Source: Kipferlia bialata (Eukaryota). From it: a DNA stretch of 33,204 nt. The stretch's first letter is position 1. Each line of letters begins with the position of its first letter. The notes beneath the pieces were generated by a model. That model was given only the letters and a program-made list of their open reading frames with translations. It did not search any database and had not been told where the DNA came from. Of the stretch, positions 1 through 12,535 are shown in pieces. The translations under genes and the position numbers were made by a program. Where the stretch lies: contig BDIP01000078.1 of assembly GCA_003568945.1 (NCBI GenBank), positions 1-33,204 of the forward strand, given 5' to 3'.

Positions 1-49
<49 letters not shown>
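1..49. repeat. poly-G homopolymer at window/contig start
   Basis: 49 consecutive G; similar G-runs at 5169-5194 and 14682-14702. Confidence 0.9.
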
Positions 50-186
50 CGGATTTGCTACCATCATACTCAGCTCCCGCAGCACGCAGTCACTCACAAG
101 ACAGATACCAATCCCAGAGATTCAGTAAATACTCACATAGTATATATATAGAAATTGGTTGTCTATATATATATATATATATATAC

Positions 187-784
187 CTTGGCGACCCGGG
201 TGGAGCTCTGAATGTGGACCCCCACCCATCTGGAGAGCGGGGCAGGGAGTGGGAGTGCAGTACCCTCATGCTACAGGCAGTACTGAGGCCAACTGGGGGT
301 AGGAGGCAGGGTGAATGGACGGATTGGCAATCGAGACACAATATATATATATACATATATGCCACCACACTAGCATCCTCACGCACCCATGCCATCTGGG
401 TCGTTCCTGGGCGACGACACCAGCGCCTCCCCCCTGCGGGCCTTGGCACTGGACCCTGGCCCAGAGGCAGAGTGGCTGACCCTCTCCACAATGTGTCTGA
501 AGTCAATGGGCACGGGCTCAGGGGTAGGGGCCTCAACCTCAGCCGGGGGCAGGTCATGCCGGTCCAGCTTCTGCCGAGAACGGAGCAACCGCTGCTCCCG
601 CGGCCGAAGCACCCTGAGATTAGACTAGAATGAGGCTGGCACTATGTGATACTGGATGTTACCTGCTGTTGGCTGTGCCAGCCACAGAGACCGGAGTCTC
701 TGCTTGGAGCAGCATCCCAGACACCGACGGAAGGCGCATCGGGCGTGGGGATACACACAGCCCTCTATGCGTTGTATTAACCAG
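187..784 (-). CDS. multi-exon hypothetical protein, partial (exons ~663-784, 387-613, 187-292; further exons uncertain)
   Basis: Phase-compatible exons with CAG acceptors (TTCACAG, CTAATCTCAG, ACCCCCAG) and GT donors: ...VAGTANSR/VLRPREQRLLRSRQKLDRH...PDGM/VGLSTACSMR...PGSPR; no recognisable domain. Confidence 0.5.
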
Positions 785-1221
785 ACTGTGAAGAAGACAT
801 CAGAACCCAACCCCCATTTGACCTCGGTCCTGGCTCCAAAAATATCAGAATAATCTCGCAAAATCTTGAACAGACACATGCTGAGTGGCTCTAGTGTATC
901 ATATGTAACTGAGGGCAGCCAGATGTAGTCACAGCAGTGCTGTTACGGCGCACCGCGGTGCCACTTCCGCACAGTCACCCCATTGCACCACTATTTGAGA
1001 CTCAGAAGCACTAGAATCCACTACTGTTATATATGCAACCACTTCCCAGCTGCAAAAAAAGAGGACTCCATGTAGCATCTGACTTTGGGACACACACGTG
1101 GTGCATGCCCTGATAAATATATTAACACGTCCCACTGACAGTCTAAGTGTGAGTGGGACTAACAACGAATGGTCGGACCATTAGTCCATCAAACCCCTCG
1201 ACAAATCCAAAGGTCTCAGAC

Positions 1222-2051
1222 TTACAGAGCGGTGGGCTCTCCACCAACGTTCATGGCATCAAGCTAGGGTGAGGCAAGGGACATTGGGTACAGGTAAAAG
1301 GAAGGGGGAAGGCGGGGACGGGGGATAATAATGAGAGAACAAAGAGTAGGAGGCTAGTGCGCAAATAGAATGATTCATTCTCAATGAATAACTATGACGA
1401 TGAATATACGCAGTGCAGCAGAATGACAGTGGAAGCATGAGAGGTACAGTGTACCAGAGGGAAAAATACCCATGATATACAAAAAATACACACCTGCTTG
1501 GCAATGATTCCCTCAACATCGTTCTTGGGGGCAGCAGCGGCAGTCTGGCTAAGGAGGGCCTGGATCTGGGCGTTGACCTCAGAGGTCTTGCGGTTTCCAA
1601 CAACCTGTGATGAGGAATGCGAAAAGATGTAGTTCATGATTGATTCACTGGGTGAGAGTTGGCGCTTACTCAGCCGACGAGCCAATCCAACATGCGTATA
1701 AACACACAGCCCAAAAATATATGCAGAATGAGCATATTGAACGCACTATAGAGAGCATAGACTGAAGGGGAAATGTGTGTTGTTGGACTCAGAATATAAC
1801 AATACCTCGGAAGCCTTCTTCTCCACGGGCTCTCCAGAGAAGACCCACATGTTAGCGTCCTGGTTCAGACGCATGGGGCCAGCTGGGAACTCCAGAACCT
1901 TGTCTCCGACGTAAATGCGGGCATCAGTCATGGGGGCGGCGTTGTCAGCTCCAGCGTGGGTGAGAGCGGCAAGAAGACCGTTCTTGGCACTCCTGGTGGA
2001 AAGGTGTGGCTTCTTTACGGCCGACTTCTTCTTGTTCCTGCGTGGAGCCAT
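1222..2051 (-). CDS. BTF3: nascent polypeptide-associated complex beta subunit (BTF3/EGD1-like), 3 exons: 1806-2051, 1494-1604, 1222-1263; 132 aa
   Basis: Basic N-terminus MAPRRNKKK, then NAC-domain-like ARIYVGDKVLEFP...LNQDANMWVFSGEPVEK; two phase-0 GT-AG introns; ends LDAMNVGGEPTAL-TAA. Confidence 0.75.
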
Positions 2052-2242
2052 CTCAACTGTCTCTCGAAAGGTAGCTGGGAGCCACAACGCTTCCTTCTTT
2101 TCGCGTTTTTGGGAGCTGGACCCTTTCTTGTGTCCCAGAAGTTTTGGATTTTGGAGTTTCAGAAGAATCCTTTCTAGACAACTATCGAGCAGTAGAAGGT
2201 CTTCTGGATTGTTATATCCTCTGAGCAGGTGATATCAGAGAC
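2052..2242. promoter_or_regulatory. candidate bidirectional promoter / 5' UTR region
   Basis: 191 nt between divergent ATGs (2051 minus, 2243 plus); no specific motif identified. Confidence 0.35.
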
Positions 2243-4344
2243 ATGTTTGTCGCGGGAGGCCAAGACCCGTACGAAGCCTTCAACCTTGATGAGTATGAGG
2301 TAGATTTCGGTGGAAACGATGATCCTTTCGGCAATATCGCTTCTGTTAGTGGCCTTGTACCAAAGAGGAAGCTCCAGGTGAACATGAACACACGTGCCAA
2401 GACCTCTAAGCCACACAGTAAGCGTGAGGAGAAGCCTAAGAAGGAGAAGAAGAAGCATGTGAAGAGGAGTCACTCTTCCTCTGGGGTGTCCAGGGCGGAC
2501 AAGAAGGAGAGGAGGCGGTCGCATAGGCGGCATCGCACTAGATCCCCCAGCCGTGAGTCTGAGGAGCTGTCTCGACGCTCTGTGTCCGTGCCATCGAACG
2601 ACAGTGACGAGGTACCAGCTCGGTTCCAGAGTCGGAAACCACCCACAGTCAACACTGCCCCTGCAGTTGTGTCTCCATCCCCTCCCCCCCTGGCATCCCC
2701 ATCCCCTGTTGCCAGCTACACTGCGTCCAACATGCGGCTACCTGGGCCTAGGTTCGGCCGTGCTCAGCCCCGGTTCTCCTCTTCCTACTCCCCCGATGGG
2801 GGCCTTCCCACCATGCCCCCTTCCCCAGAGCCTGAGGACGACGTTCGCTCTGCCTCCCTCTCTATCACACAGCCCAGTCCCTCTATAGACGAGAGCCCTG
2901 CAGCCCCACCCAAGCTGGTGTATGCTCCTGTGTCACCAGTCCCAGCCCCTCGCTCTGCGACCCCTGTTTCCTCCCACTCTCCCTCCCCTTCTGCATCTGA
3001 CTCTGGCCCCGTGCGTGTGTCAAGGCCCAGACGTATCATGCAGGCCCCTGCCGAGGCACCCTCATACAACGAGGTCTCGATCCCGCCTGTCACACTGCCC
3101 CCCAAGGAGAGAAGCCCCTCCCCTGCCTCTGCCTCTGCCTCTGCCTCTGGCAAGGAGACGCAGAGGGTGACCCCTCCCCCTGCCTCCTCGGCCTCCTCAG
3201 CCTCTGTCTCGGCACGGTCTGGGAGGTCAGAGCCAGCTGTGAGTGCCAGGAGCACTGCGGCTAGTGTCTCTGAGGCTGTCCCTCAGTCTACAGTGACTTC
3301 TGCCCCTGCTGCCCCTGTGTCTGTACCCACCCAGCCAGTGGCCCAGCAGGCAGTGTCTACTACTGCACCTGTACCCCCTCAGGTGTCAGTACCAGCCCAG
3401 GCCCAGGTCCCACAGGGCATGCCACCTGCTGCCAGTACAGCATATGGCACTGCATACGGTGTTCCTCCTCAGACCCAGCCCATGCCCCACCAACACATGC
3501 CCACCCCGCACATGCCTGCCTTTGTACCCACAGGGGCAGCACCCGCTGTGGCCTCTCTCTCTGCCGATCTTCTCACCCACATGGCTGCCCTGCCCCCTGC
3601 CATACAGGCCGCACAGGTATGTATCACTGCATGTATACTCACCTCTTGTATTCTTCATGTATGTGACTGTACATTTTGCACCTTATACCTTACATCCAGG
3701 GCGGCCATGCCCAGCGTGCCCACCTCACAGCCCATGCCTCCTACCTTGCCCTGTTACAGACCCAGCTGCAGTCTCTGCTCCTGGCCCAGTACAGTGGACT
3801 GGCCACCGGCATATCAGCCGCAGATGCACAGGCAGGGGCCTCACAGGGCATGGGCGCCACCAGAGGCCGCTCTGCATGCTCCTGTCCGATGTGTGGAGTG
3901 GGAGGGGGTGCGACAGGAACAGTGCCCCAGCCATCTGTGTATGGAGTACCACCACCTCCCCAGACTGGTGTCCCACCTGCCCCCCCTAGCACCTATGCAT
4001 ACCACCCCCCTGCATCTGCCCCTGTGCCTCAGACACAGAGTGAGGGTGTGGGTGGGGTACCGGGGGAGGCAGACTCACCGGTCGCAGGGAGAGAGGGAGA
4101 GGTGGGGGCTGCCCCCCAGATGCCCCCGGGACAGGCTGGCAGTGCCGACTACCCCCAGGGTGGATACACACAGACACAGACACAGCCCGCTGGGTACAGG
4201 CCTCTCTACGCCACTGCCACCACCACACCCACTAGACGTGCCCCCCTCCTACCTGGTGTGACAAGGTGGCAGCGCACCAGACAGAGTGACAGGGCTCTGG
4301 GTAACAGACAGTTCAGCATGCTTGCAGCAAGCAGCCTCTATTAG
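2243..4344 (+). CDS. Pro/Ser/Ala-rich low-complexity hypothetical protein, 2 exons (2243-3616, 3700-4344), 672 aa
   Basis: Long ORF with Lys/Arg/Ser-rich N-terminal part; phase-0 intron GTATGT...CATCCAG moves into the frame of ORF 3676-4344 (GGHAQRAHLTAH...SSLY-TAG). Confidence 0.75.
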
Positions 4345-4667
4345 GTCTGCAGAGCATGTTTCAGCGTAGCTGATCGATACCCCAGTACCGGGGATCTTTC
4401 CACCACACTGTCTCAACATCGGGTGCCGATAGTACTCGATGGTGTTCTGTTATCTATGGGCCAGTGTTTTGTGTCCTTTCCTATCATATGTCACTCTTGT
4501 GACAAGTGCAGTTTCGCACGCCGTGTCACGCTTACTGTCTTGGTACCTATCTCAATAGATCAGCTTCCCGATTTGTATGTTGGTGTATACATATGTGAAC
4601 AACCATTACATCATCACACAACTGACTCAATTCAATATATTGTTGTCATTACGGGTGATCCCACTGC

Positions 4668-5158
4668 TTAGTAGGCCCTGGCGACGTATGCCCAGTGCTT
4701 GGCAGGGCGGCCAGTCAGGAAGCACTTGACGCCCTCCTCAGGCACGCCCTCTCCCATGCGGGTGCCCCTGATCTCTCCGCCAGTGGCCTCTCTGATCTGG
4801 TCGTCGAACTCCTTGGCCTCGATGTCCATGGAGTAGAAGGGCACGCGGGCAAAGCCGCCCTTGCCGCTGATCACAGCAGCAACCTGGGGGTGAGGGAGTG
4901 TACGTACTTGAAGGGTGTCAATGTATAGGTACATATGTAGGTATATATATATACACGTACCTCCTCGAGGGTTGTGCAATCTGTGACCCTGTCTGTCTGG
5001 AAGGCATCGGCAGCGGTGCGCAGGGAGTCGAGCAGCTCGGTCATCATGGTCCTGATGGTGGTAACCACATCGGCGTTGGGGATGGTTACCTTGTCGGCCT
5101 TCTGCTGGTCGCGCCTGAGGGCAACAACAACGCCCTGCTCCACGTCCCTGTTACCAAC
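4668..5158 (-). CDS. proS: prolyl-tRNA synthetase, C-terminal two exons only (4961-5158, 4668-4883); upstream exons absent from the window
   Basis: VGNRDVEQGVVVALRRD (anticodon-binding domain GxRD...RRD motif), GGFARVPF, and CFLTGRPAKHWAYVARAY-TAA, the typical archaeal/eukaryotic ProRS C-terminus. Confidence 0.88.
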
Positions 5159-5300
5159 CTGAGGGTGAGGGGGGGGGGGGGGGGAAGGGGGGGGAAGGAA
5201 GAATCTCATTATATGTATGTGTGTGCGCTTTGCTTCCAAGTGTTACTGCAACTAGATCTCCTTGTTCAGTTGACTTTGATATACCCCACCCCACCCTCAG

Positions 5301-8300
5301 ATGTGCAGGAGGCCGTGACCCAGATGTGTGAGGAGCGGGGGATCTATGTCTCTGGTATGTGATAGATATCTATACAGATAGATTGATGCATTGTTGGCAG
5401 GCGGGATCCTTCTCCTTAGTTTACTCTTTTCCGTTACTGCGCTGGCCTGTGCATGTCACTCACATTCGTATGTGTGTATTCATATGGTTTAAGTGTAGTT
5501 GTCATTCCCTTTTGCCAGATCAGCACTCTCATGTATGTTCTCACCCCAGGCTACCCCCTAGATGGTGCCATGCTCGACCTCTTCTGTCTAGTCCTATCTG
5601 GGGCCTGTCACCTGGAGGTATATATACAGAATACACGTGAATATTCAGCCACCGATTATTTTCGCTCGTTGTCCTCTGTTTCTAGTACCCGTGAAGGGTG
5701 AATCTCTATTTCCAATGTAGTAGAATTGGTAACATACACGCATTCTCTATGCCAACTGACCCAGGAAGTTCACATCAACCATGTGTGCAACCTGACTGGA
5801 GAGGCCATGATGAAGGTAACCCGATGTGGTGATCTGTTGTTGTGTCTACTTTCGCCATAGTTTACAGAGTGTATATGTTGTGGCTCTGGGTGGCAATTCC
5901 CTCCTATGGAGGAGGAACTATCGTATATCTAGGTATACTCAAACACTCTGTGTATCTACAGGATATAGACGTATGGAATGTCCCTCAGTCTGACCCCAGA
6001 TATCGGACTGCCTCCCCTTCCTGCCCCATCTGCGTGTGCTCTCCTTTGAGTACTGCAACCTGGAGGGACCAGGTGGGACTGAGGCCATGGAGTATCTGAT
6101 AGCATCACTGGAGGGGAGGGGGGTACAGCTGGAGAAGGTGGGTGGGGGAGATAGTGAGAGTCTGATTTTGAGCAATTTTGAGTGTCACTCTACTTAGTTC
6201 GTCCGTTACATCTGCCTGAGTAGTATATATAGGTTGTAGATGTAGCAATGGGATTAATTCACCTGGTTAGATGTTGACTAGTTTGTCTCTGTAACAAAAC
6301 CAAAGGAAGCATGTATGTGTCTACCTCTCACTGCAGCTAGAGTTTGAGGGTATCGACCAGTACATGATGGCCACCCACTATGCAAGGGTGCTGGACCTAC
6401 ACAGAGAGGGTGAGGGCAGTGGGTACTATGCATATTAATACAATTATGATGGCGAAGGTCTATTTGTGGACTATATAGCCACACTTCAACAAATGCCTGT
6501 CTGTAGTGATTGACTACATTCCACCCACCCCCAGGCAGCATCACCACCATGACCTACGACGATTATGATGCAACTGAGAGGCTGAATAGTGCATCGGAGG
6601 TATACACCCTCAGAGCTAACTGGTGTCCAGGCTGGTATATCGTGACTCACAGTAGTGGTCCAGAGATTGCAGCATTATTATCAAATCTATTCTTTTTCTC
6701 AGTGTGAAGGGAGAAGTCGGAACTCGTGTTATACTGGTGTATCAACTCACAACAGGATCAGTTTCTGGCCATATCCCGTGCCCTGTGTCGACATGCCCCC
6801 TTCATCACTGAGATCGAGGTAGACTCTACCTGGTAGAGTCAGTATATGTTCCGTACATGGTGTGAATATCGGGTGTTCCCTTCATTCAGTGGTGATCCAT
6901 GTCTGGTTCGTTCATTATATGTACCACCTCACCCTAGATCCACTTAGAGTTGTGCCGTCGTGGTTGGAAATCACGCTTGATGGATTGGCAGGTTGGGTTT
7001 AGACACCACGGCATGGTCCTATAACATTGAGTGTCTTTGATGGTTTTACCTAGTGCCACATGACAGTTCTATTCTCGCTCTCTCTCTCTCTCTTCCCTTA
7101 GGCCTTGTTCCGTACCCTAATGTGACTCGATTCATCTCTTGTGGGGCGTCTCTACCCGACGAAGGGGCACTGTTGAGGTATGCTGATGGGATATGCGGTA
7201 TATACGTTAAGTATTCATGAACTGATACGCTCCTTGTATACATCCTCCAACATACATGTTCATTGCATAGACCCTTCGATCCACCCTACCCCCAGTCTTC
7301 TCTGTCCGTACCTAAGGACTATGCCCTCTCTACAGACACTGAGGCTCCAGTCTGCTAATGTGAGTATGTCCTACACACCGATGTCTCCTTGATACAACTG
7401 TCTATCTATTCCACCTCTGACCAGAAGGGTGTAACATATCCATGTTTAGAGGCCATTGGTACACTGATTGAATCCAGGTAAGAAAGTGTGCCCCTATCAT
7501 TCCATATAATCATCGTGATATTTCATCTCTTTGGTAACCGATGCATTGACCCTCTATCCCTCCAGAATGTGACCCCTCACCCCAGACCCTTCACTCTGGA
7601 GAGGCTGTCCCTAGACAGCTGTGTGGTGTACGACGATGGTTCACCCAACGAGGACACAGAGACTAGGTGGGAGAGGGAGACCCCATACAGTTGGAGCTGC
7701 TTTAGGATAGAGGAGTAGTAGCACTATTACGTTCGAAGACGGGTAGTACACTGTTGGATACTGACCCCAGCATTATCGCCAGACAGCGCCTCCTCTCCTC
7801 TCTGTCGACATGTACCGAGGTCACTGATCTCAACCTCGATGGTACGGGTGTCTCTCTCTCTTCAATCAACCTGCAATATGATATTGTACGCATGATATAG
7901 TGATGCAGTGTCTCTGTAAGCTGTACAAGCCCTAGTACATAGAGTGGGCTCTATTTCGACTATTATTACCACCGCTTGCAATGCTCTTCCCCCCCCCCCC
8001 ATACATGTCTCCCCTCCCCCCAGACTTTCTGTGCTCCATGTCAGACTGGGGTGCCGTGGGTACTGCCCTGCTGTCCTTGAGAGGGGTACACACACTCACT
8101 CTAGGTGGGATGCACATGTTGGCTATACCCTCTTTCTGTCCTCCCCTCACCCCCTAGGCATTAACGAGAGCTATGTACGTAATGCTTACCAGGAGGAGTT
8201 CACTGCCATCACGGTGAGTATATATATATATGAGTATATATATAAGTATAGGATACGCACGTATATGCCTGTATGTTTGGGTACAGCCTCAATCCACACC

Positions 8301-11300
8301 CGGTCTGACCCTCAGGGCTATGAAGGCAGCCCAGAGGGATTCTCCTCAGACGATGAGGACTCAAGCAATAGGGTGGGGAGGGTTTGTCTCATCGTATCTT
8401 CATGTACTCTTATAATGGATCTTGCATGGATTCCTTTTCACTGTTCGCGTCTCTTCTGATATACTAGGAGGACACAGATGCTGAGACCACACGGTTGGAA
8501 CAGTTCGCAGACAGGTGAACTCTACCAGATACAGTGCAAATCACGTGAATGCTCTATTGCAGAGTATCTTGTGAACTCCGAAATCATATTCCTCGGATCC
8601 CTCACTAGTCACAATCTAGCAAACTTCCAAGTCTGAGTATGATGCCCCTCCTCACCGTAGTGTGTGTCACATCCGGTCCCTGTCAGCCGGGGTAGCCAGT
8701 CTACAGGGCCTGAGGACCATCACGCTTAAGCTGCCAGGTACATGTGTACATGTACTAGTTTAGAGTTCTCCTTTGCAGAGAGGATAGGCGCCACATGGTA
8801 TCTCGAATTGTTGAAGTATTATCATGGATATCCGGTGTTACTGGCATGTTCCTATCAACCTCTACATATATACACCTGCCTGTATCCCCCCTGACCCCAG
8901 CCCTGTCCATATGGTCCAGGACCCCAGTCACCAGTATGACCCTCTGTCTAGTGATGCAGTCACTACAGCACCTGCCAATCCTGGAGACGATAGACCTCAC
9001 GGTATGGATTTGTACGCTTGTATTTATTTAATCCTCTTATCATATGGCATATCGTCATATATAGCTACCCATGGCCTGCATACACACACTAATATATGGA
9101 CGGTGTAGTGTTTAAGGCGTATCATACCCACCTGACGTCTAGGGTATGTACTTCGAGCCAGAGCGCCAGTGCTTCCAGGCAGATGATAGGTATGGTGGAT
9201 ATAGTACGTGTTGTTAGAGCGAGACAGACCCACAGCGTCACTGCTTCAATTGGCAGGCCGATACCATGTTACATGTTTGATTGTCTATCCATGAGAACAT
9301 AACTCATCTAGCCGGTCTCTTTTCGTATATTGTGCGACCCCTAATGCCTCACTGTCTAACATTAACTGTAGGTGGCAGATACTACCGGAGCTTCTTCTGG
9401 GTCCTAACGGTATGGTAGTGGAAGAGGCAGAGGGAGAGACTCAGACTGGGACTGATAAGCTGGTTGACCTCCTAGTGTCTAACACTGTTGAGAGGGCCAG
9501 GGTATGGAAGGAGAGGAGAGACGCTGAGAGGAAGGAAGAACGGGACAACTATGCAAAGAGTCGCGAGGAGAATGAAAGGAAGAGAGAATCTGAGGCCCTG
9601 GCTGTTCTAGAGGTATACGATCAATCGTAGTCGGAATCCCAACACATACTCTCATGTATATCCTTCCTATTCGTCTCATCCCTCAGACCGTTGGGACCTT
9701 CTGGGATGGCCTGGAGGGAGACAGTGGTGAGGAGAGTGAGGGTGGGGGTGTAGAGACTGTGACCGAGTCTGGGGAGGGGAGACAAGTAAGGGTGACAGGA
9801 GGGATAGATTCAGAAGTGCCGGAACCCCCCAGGGAGAGTATTTGTGCTCATGAGGATGCGGAGGGTACTACGTCTGTGGATACAGGGCTCCCTGTTATCG
9901 TGGTGTCAGCAACTGGTAACAGTCCTGCCAGCAGTGTCCCTGTGGATGACGCCGGCACTGTACCCTGTCCAGTCATAGAGGCAGAGGGAGAGAATGGAGA
10001 GATAGTGACTACCGCTAATACCAATGGGGCAGAGGCCAGTCCAGACAGAGAGGAAGATGCTGTAAAGAGTCAGGATGCAGAGGCTGCGGTGGTGCCTGAT
10101 CCCATGGTGCTGCCCCCCCTGCTGACTAGGCTGACACTCGACAATATCAGGCATGGGCTGACCGTCTTAATCAAGTGTCTAGTGCATTCATTACGAGTCA
10201 CCTCACCTTGACACTAATGACTCCTCACCCCCAGGATGTCTCCCTGTGTCTTTGGCCAGGTGTTGGCTGGGGTGGCCAGGCCTGGGTCGAGGGTCGAGGA
10301 CCTGTCTATGGCAACGGTATGCGTAAATGGGTATATATACATATGTGTGTGTATATATACTTAAATATATATATAAGGGATAGAGTCCCATACATGTCAC
10401 TTACACCCAGTGTCTATTCACCAGTGACCACTGTGCTCAAATGTCCCGACTCAGCAATGCTCAAAGCCTATCCACTCTATGCATGTCTGAGAACTCATTT
10501 GGGGAGGAAGCCAGGTGGGGGGCCTTGTCTCTGTTGTCAAGGGACATCCTGAGTCTCTCTGCCCTAGGGAGGCTGCCACTGAGCTGCCGGTGTTTCTCTA
10601 TAGTTCTATATAGCCCTCACCCTCCAGGAGTTTCCTACCTGTCTTTTCCACCCTACCCAACCTGGAGTATGTGGACCTCAATGCGTGTAAGTACGTGGTG
10701 CAAGTCACAGATACAGCGCAGTGCTACATGTGGGTGCAAAATACCCTTCGTAGTACTGTTGGATGAATGCTATTGATACTTGTGTATCCGTGACTATATG
10801 TCTGCATGTATACTTACTCTCAGGATACCCCGTGAAGTGAGACAGGAGGCTAAGGAGCTGAGACGGCAAGTAACCAGGTCAGTATGGCACCAGAAGGCTA
10901 ATTATATGTGGGGTGTACCATTAATAATGGTAGTGACTGAATCACACATACTCAACATACCACTGTATTCGTAGTACTGCTTATAGTATACTGGTGTACT
11001 AGTGGCACCAAGCCTGTGATAGTACGTCAATGGCACTGATATCTCTTTGTGACACAAATTGTGTATGCCGTATATATTCATATATATACATTACTATACA
11101 CATTCGTATACATATGTGACTTACCCCCAGGGAGAGAGACATCCAGAGGGGGGACGAGGAGTCAGGCAGGTATGTATGCTAGCAGAGACCACCCCTGTGC
11201 AGTAGTGACACACTTGTATATATATATTGACACACTTGTATATACGCATGTACACCCTTGTATATACGCATGTACACTAGAGTGTTGTGCTGACACGCAT

Positions 11301-12114
11301 CTCCATCGTCTCAAGATCTAACCTCTCCCCTCTCACTCCCAGTCACTATGAGGACACAGATAACCTGGTGTGCTGGGAGTTTGGATACAGGTATGAATGT
11401 GTGTAGTATTTATGTATCTCTATGGGTTACCATCTGTCCCTCTCTCCCTTCCTTACCCCAGCGACACTGATACCGACACCGATACATCCCACTATGATGA
11501 AGACACCTGGGGGAACACCGACCCAGAAACCACGTGGGTGGCATTATTCTATCCAGACTATAGATGATGTGTATTGGCATTATTGTGTCGAGTGAATACC
11601 CTCCACTGTGTCTAGTATCCCTATCTCCTCTCTGACCCCAGTACTACCTCTGACGATGAGACTGACACGGACACAGAGAGTGACTCCAGTACTAGGTATA
11701 CGGTGCCTACACCCTCCTGGGTCACTCATGCTCATACTAGCAGGGTCAATCTCTCAGCTTCCCTCTCCACAGTCTCTGCCCAACTCACCCCAGCAGCCTA
11801 GGTTTGGGATGGGGCACCACTTCAGATGATCCAGACCCTGCATCAGACGACGGAGGGGGTGACTCTGACTCTGACATGAGTGAGGGAATGCTACTCGCAC
11901 TCGCTCAGGTACCGTGAACCTGTGTGAGTTGTTTGTGGTGGAGTTTGTTATTCTTCTGTCTGACACCACTATCACACATGTGTTCACTTGGGTACGTGTC
12001 AATATATATATATGTATACTTACACTTCTGAGTATGTGTGTGTCTCACCCCTAGGTAGCCGAGATGGAGGCAAGGGAGAGGCGGGAGAGGGAGGGACAAG
12101 ATAATGGGGGGTGA
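5301..12114 (+). CDS. leucine-rich-repeat (RNI-like) protein with acidic inserts and tail, ~32 exons, 5'-incomplete
   Basis: Chained exons give LRR motifs: LPHLRVLSFEYCNL, MPSLQTLRLQSAN, TLERLSLDSC, EVTDLNLD, LPILETIDLT, LTRLTLDNI, SLSTLCMSENSF, LPNLEYVDLNAC; last exon VAEMEARERREREGQDNGG-TGA (12112-12114). One junction (~6820-6938) not resolved by hand. Confidence 0.75.
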
Positions 12115-12535
12115 TCCAGTCAGTGATTTTTTTTCTACTTGTGTCCCGTTTGACTGTACCAAGGGGGTCGAACCATCACATATACTCTCCATTTCATTAA
12201 CTGTATATCCCATATCTCTAGACTACTGTGTGACACAATCATCAGGCTGATGTTGATGGTGCTTGACCAGCATTGTGAATAGATTACTTGCACCCAAGCG
12301 AATGTCTAGTTTTCCTTGTCAACCACTACCCTCTGCGACTGGTGTGACACCTGGAAGCATTGACACAACACACTGTACATCTATTCAAACACTCTCTCCA
12401 AACACACCGGTCGCCAGATACTGAGAGGGTTACCACTAGTAAACCACTGCTGACACAGGCGCCTCAGCCGACCCTCATACAGTTCCCGTCCAAGCATACA
12501 ATCCCCCTCACACTCTCTATCTCATCCCATCCCCC

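Noticed and set aside
1..49. Telomere or functional G-quadruplex
   Set aside because: A pure homopolymer at the sequence edge inside a probable intron; most likely an intronic C-tract on the minus strand or a sequencing artefact
2243..4261. Single-exon 672-aa ORF as listed in the track
   Set aside because: It reads through a clear GT-AG intron (3617-3699); the spliced frame ending at 4344 has more consistent composition
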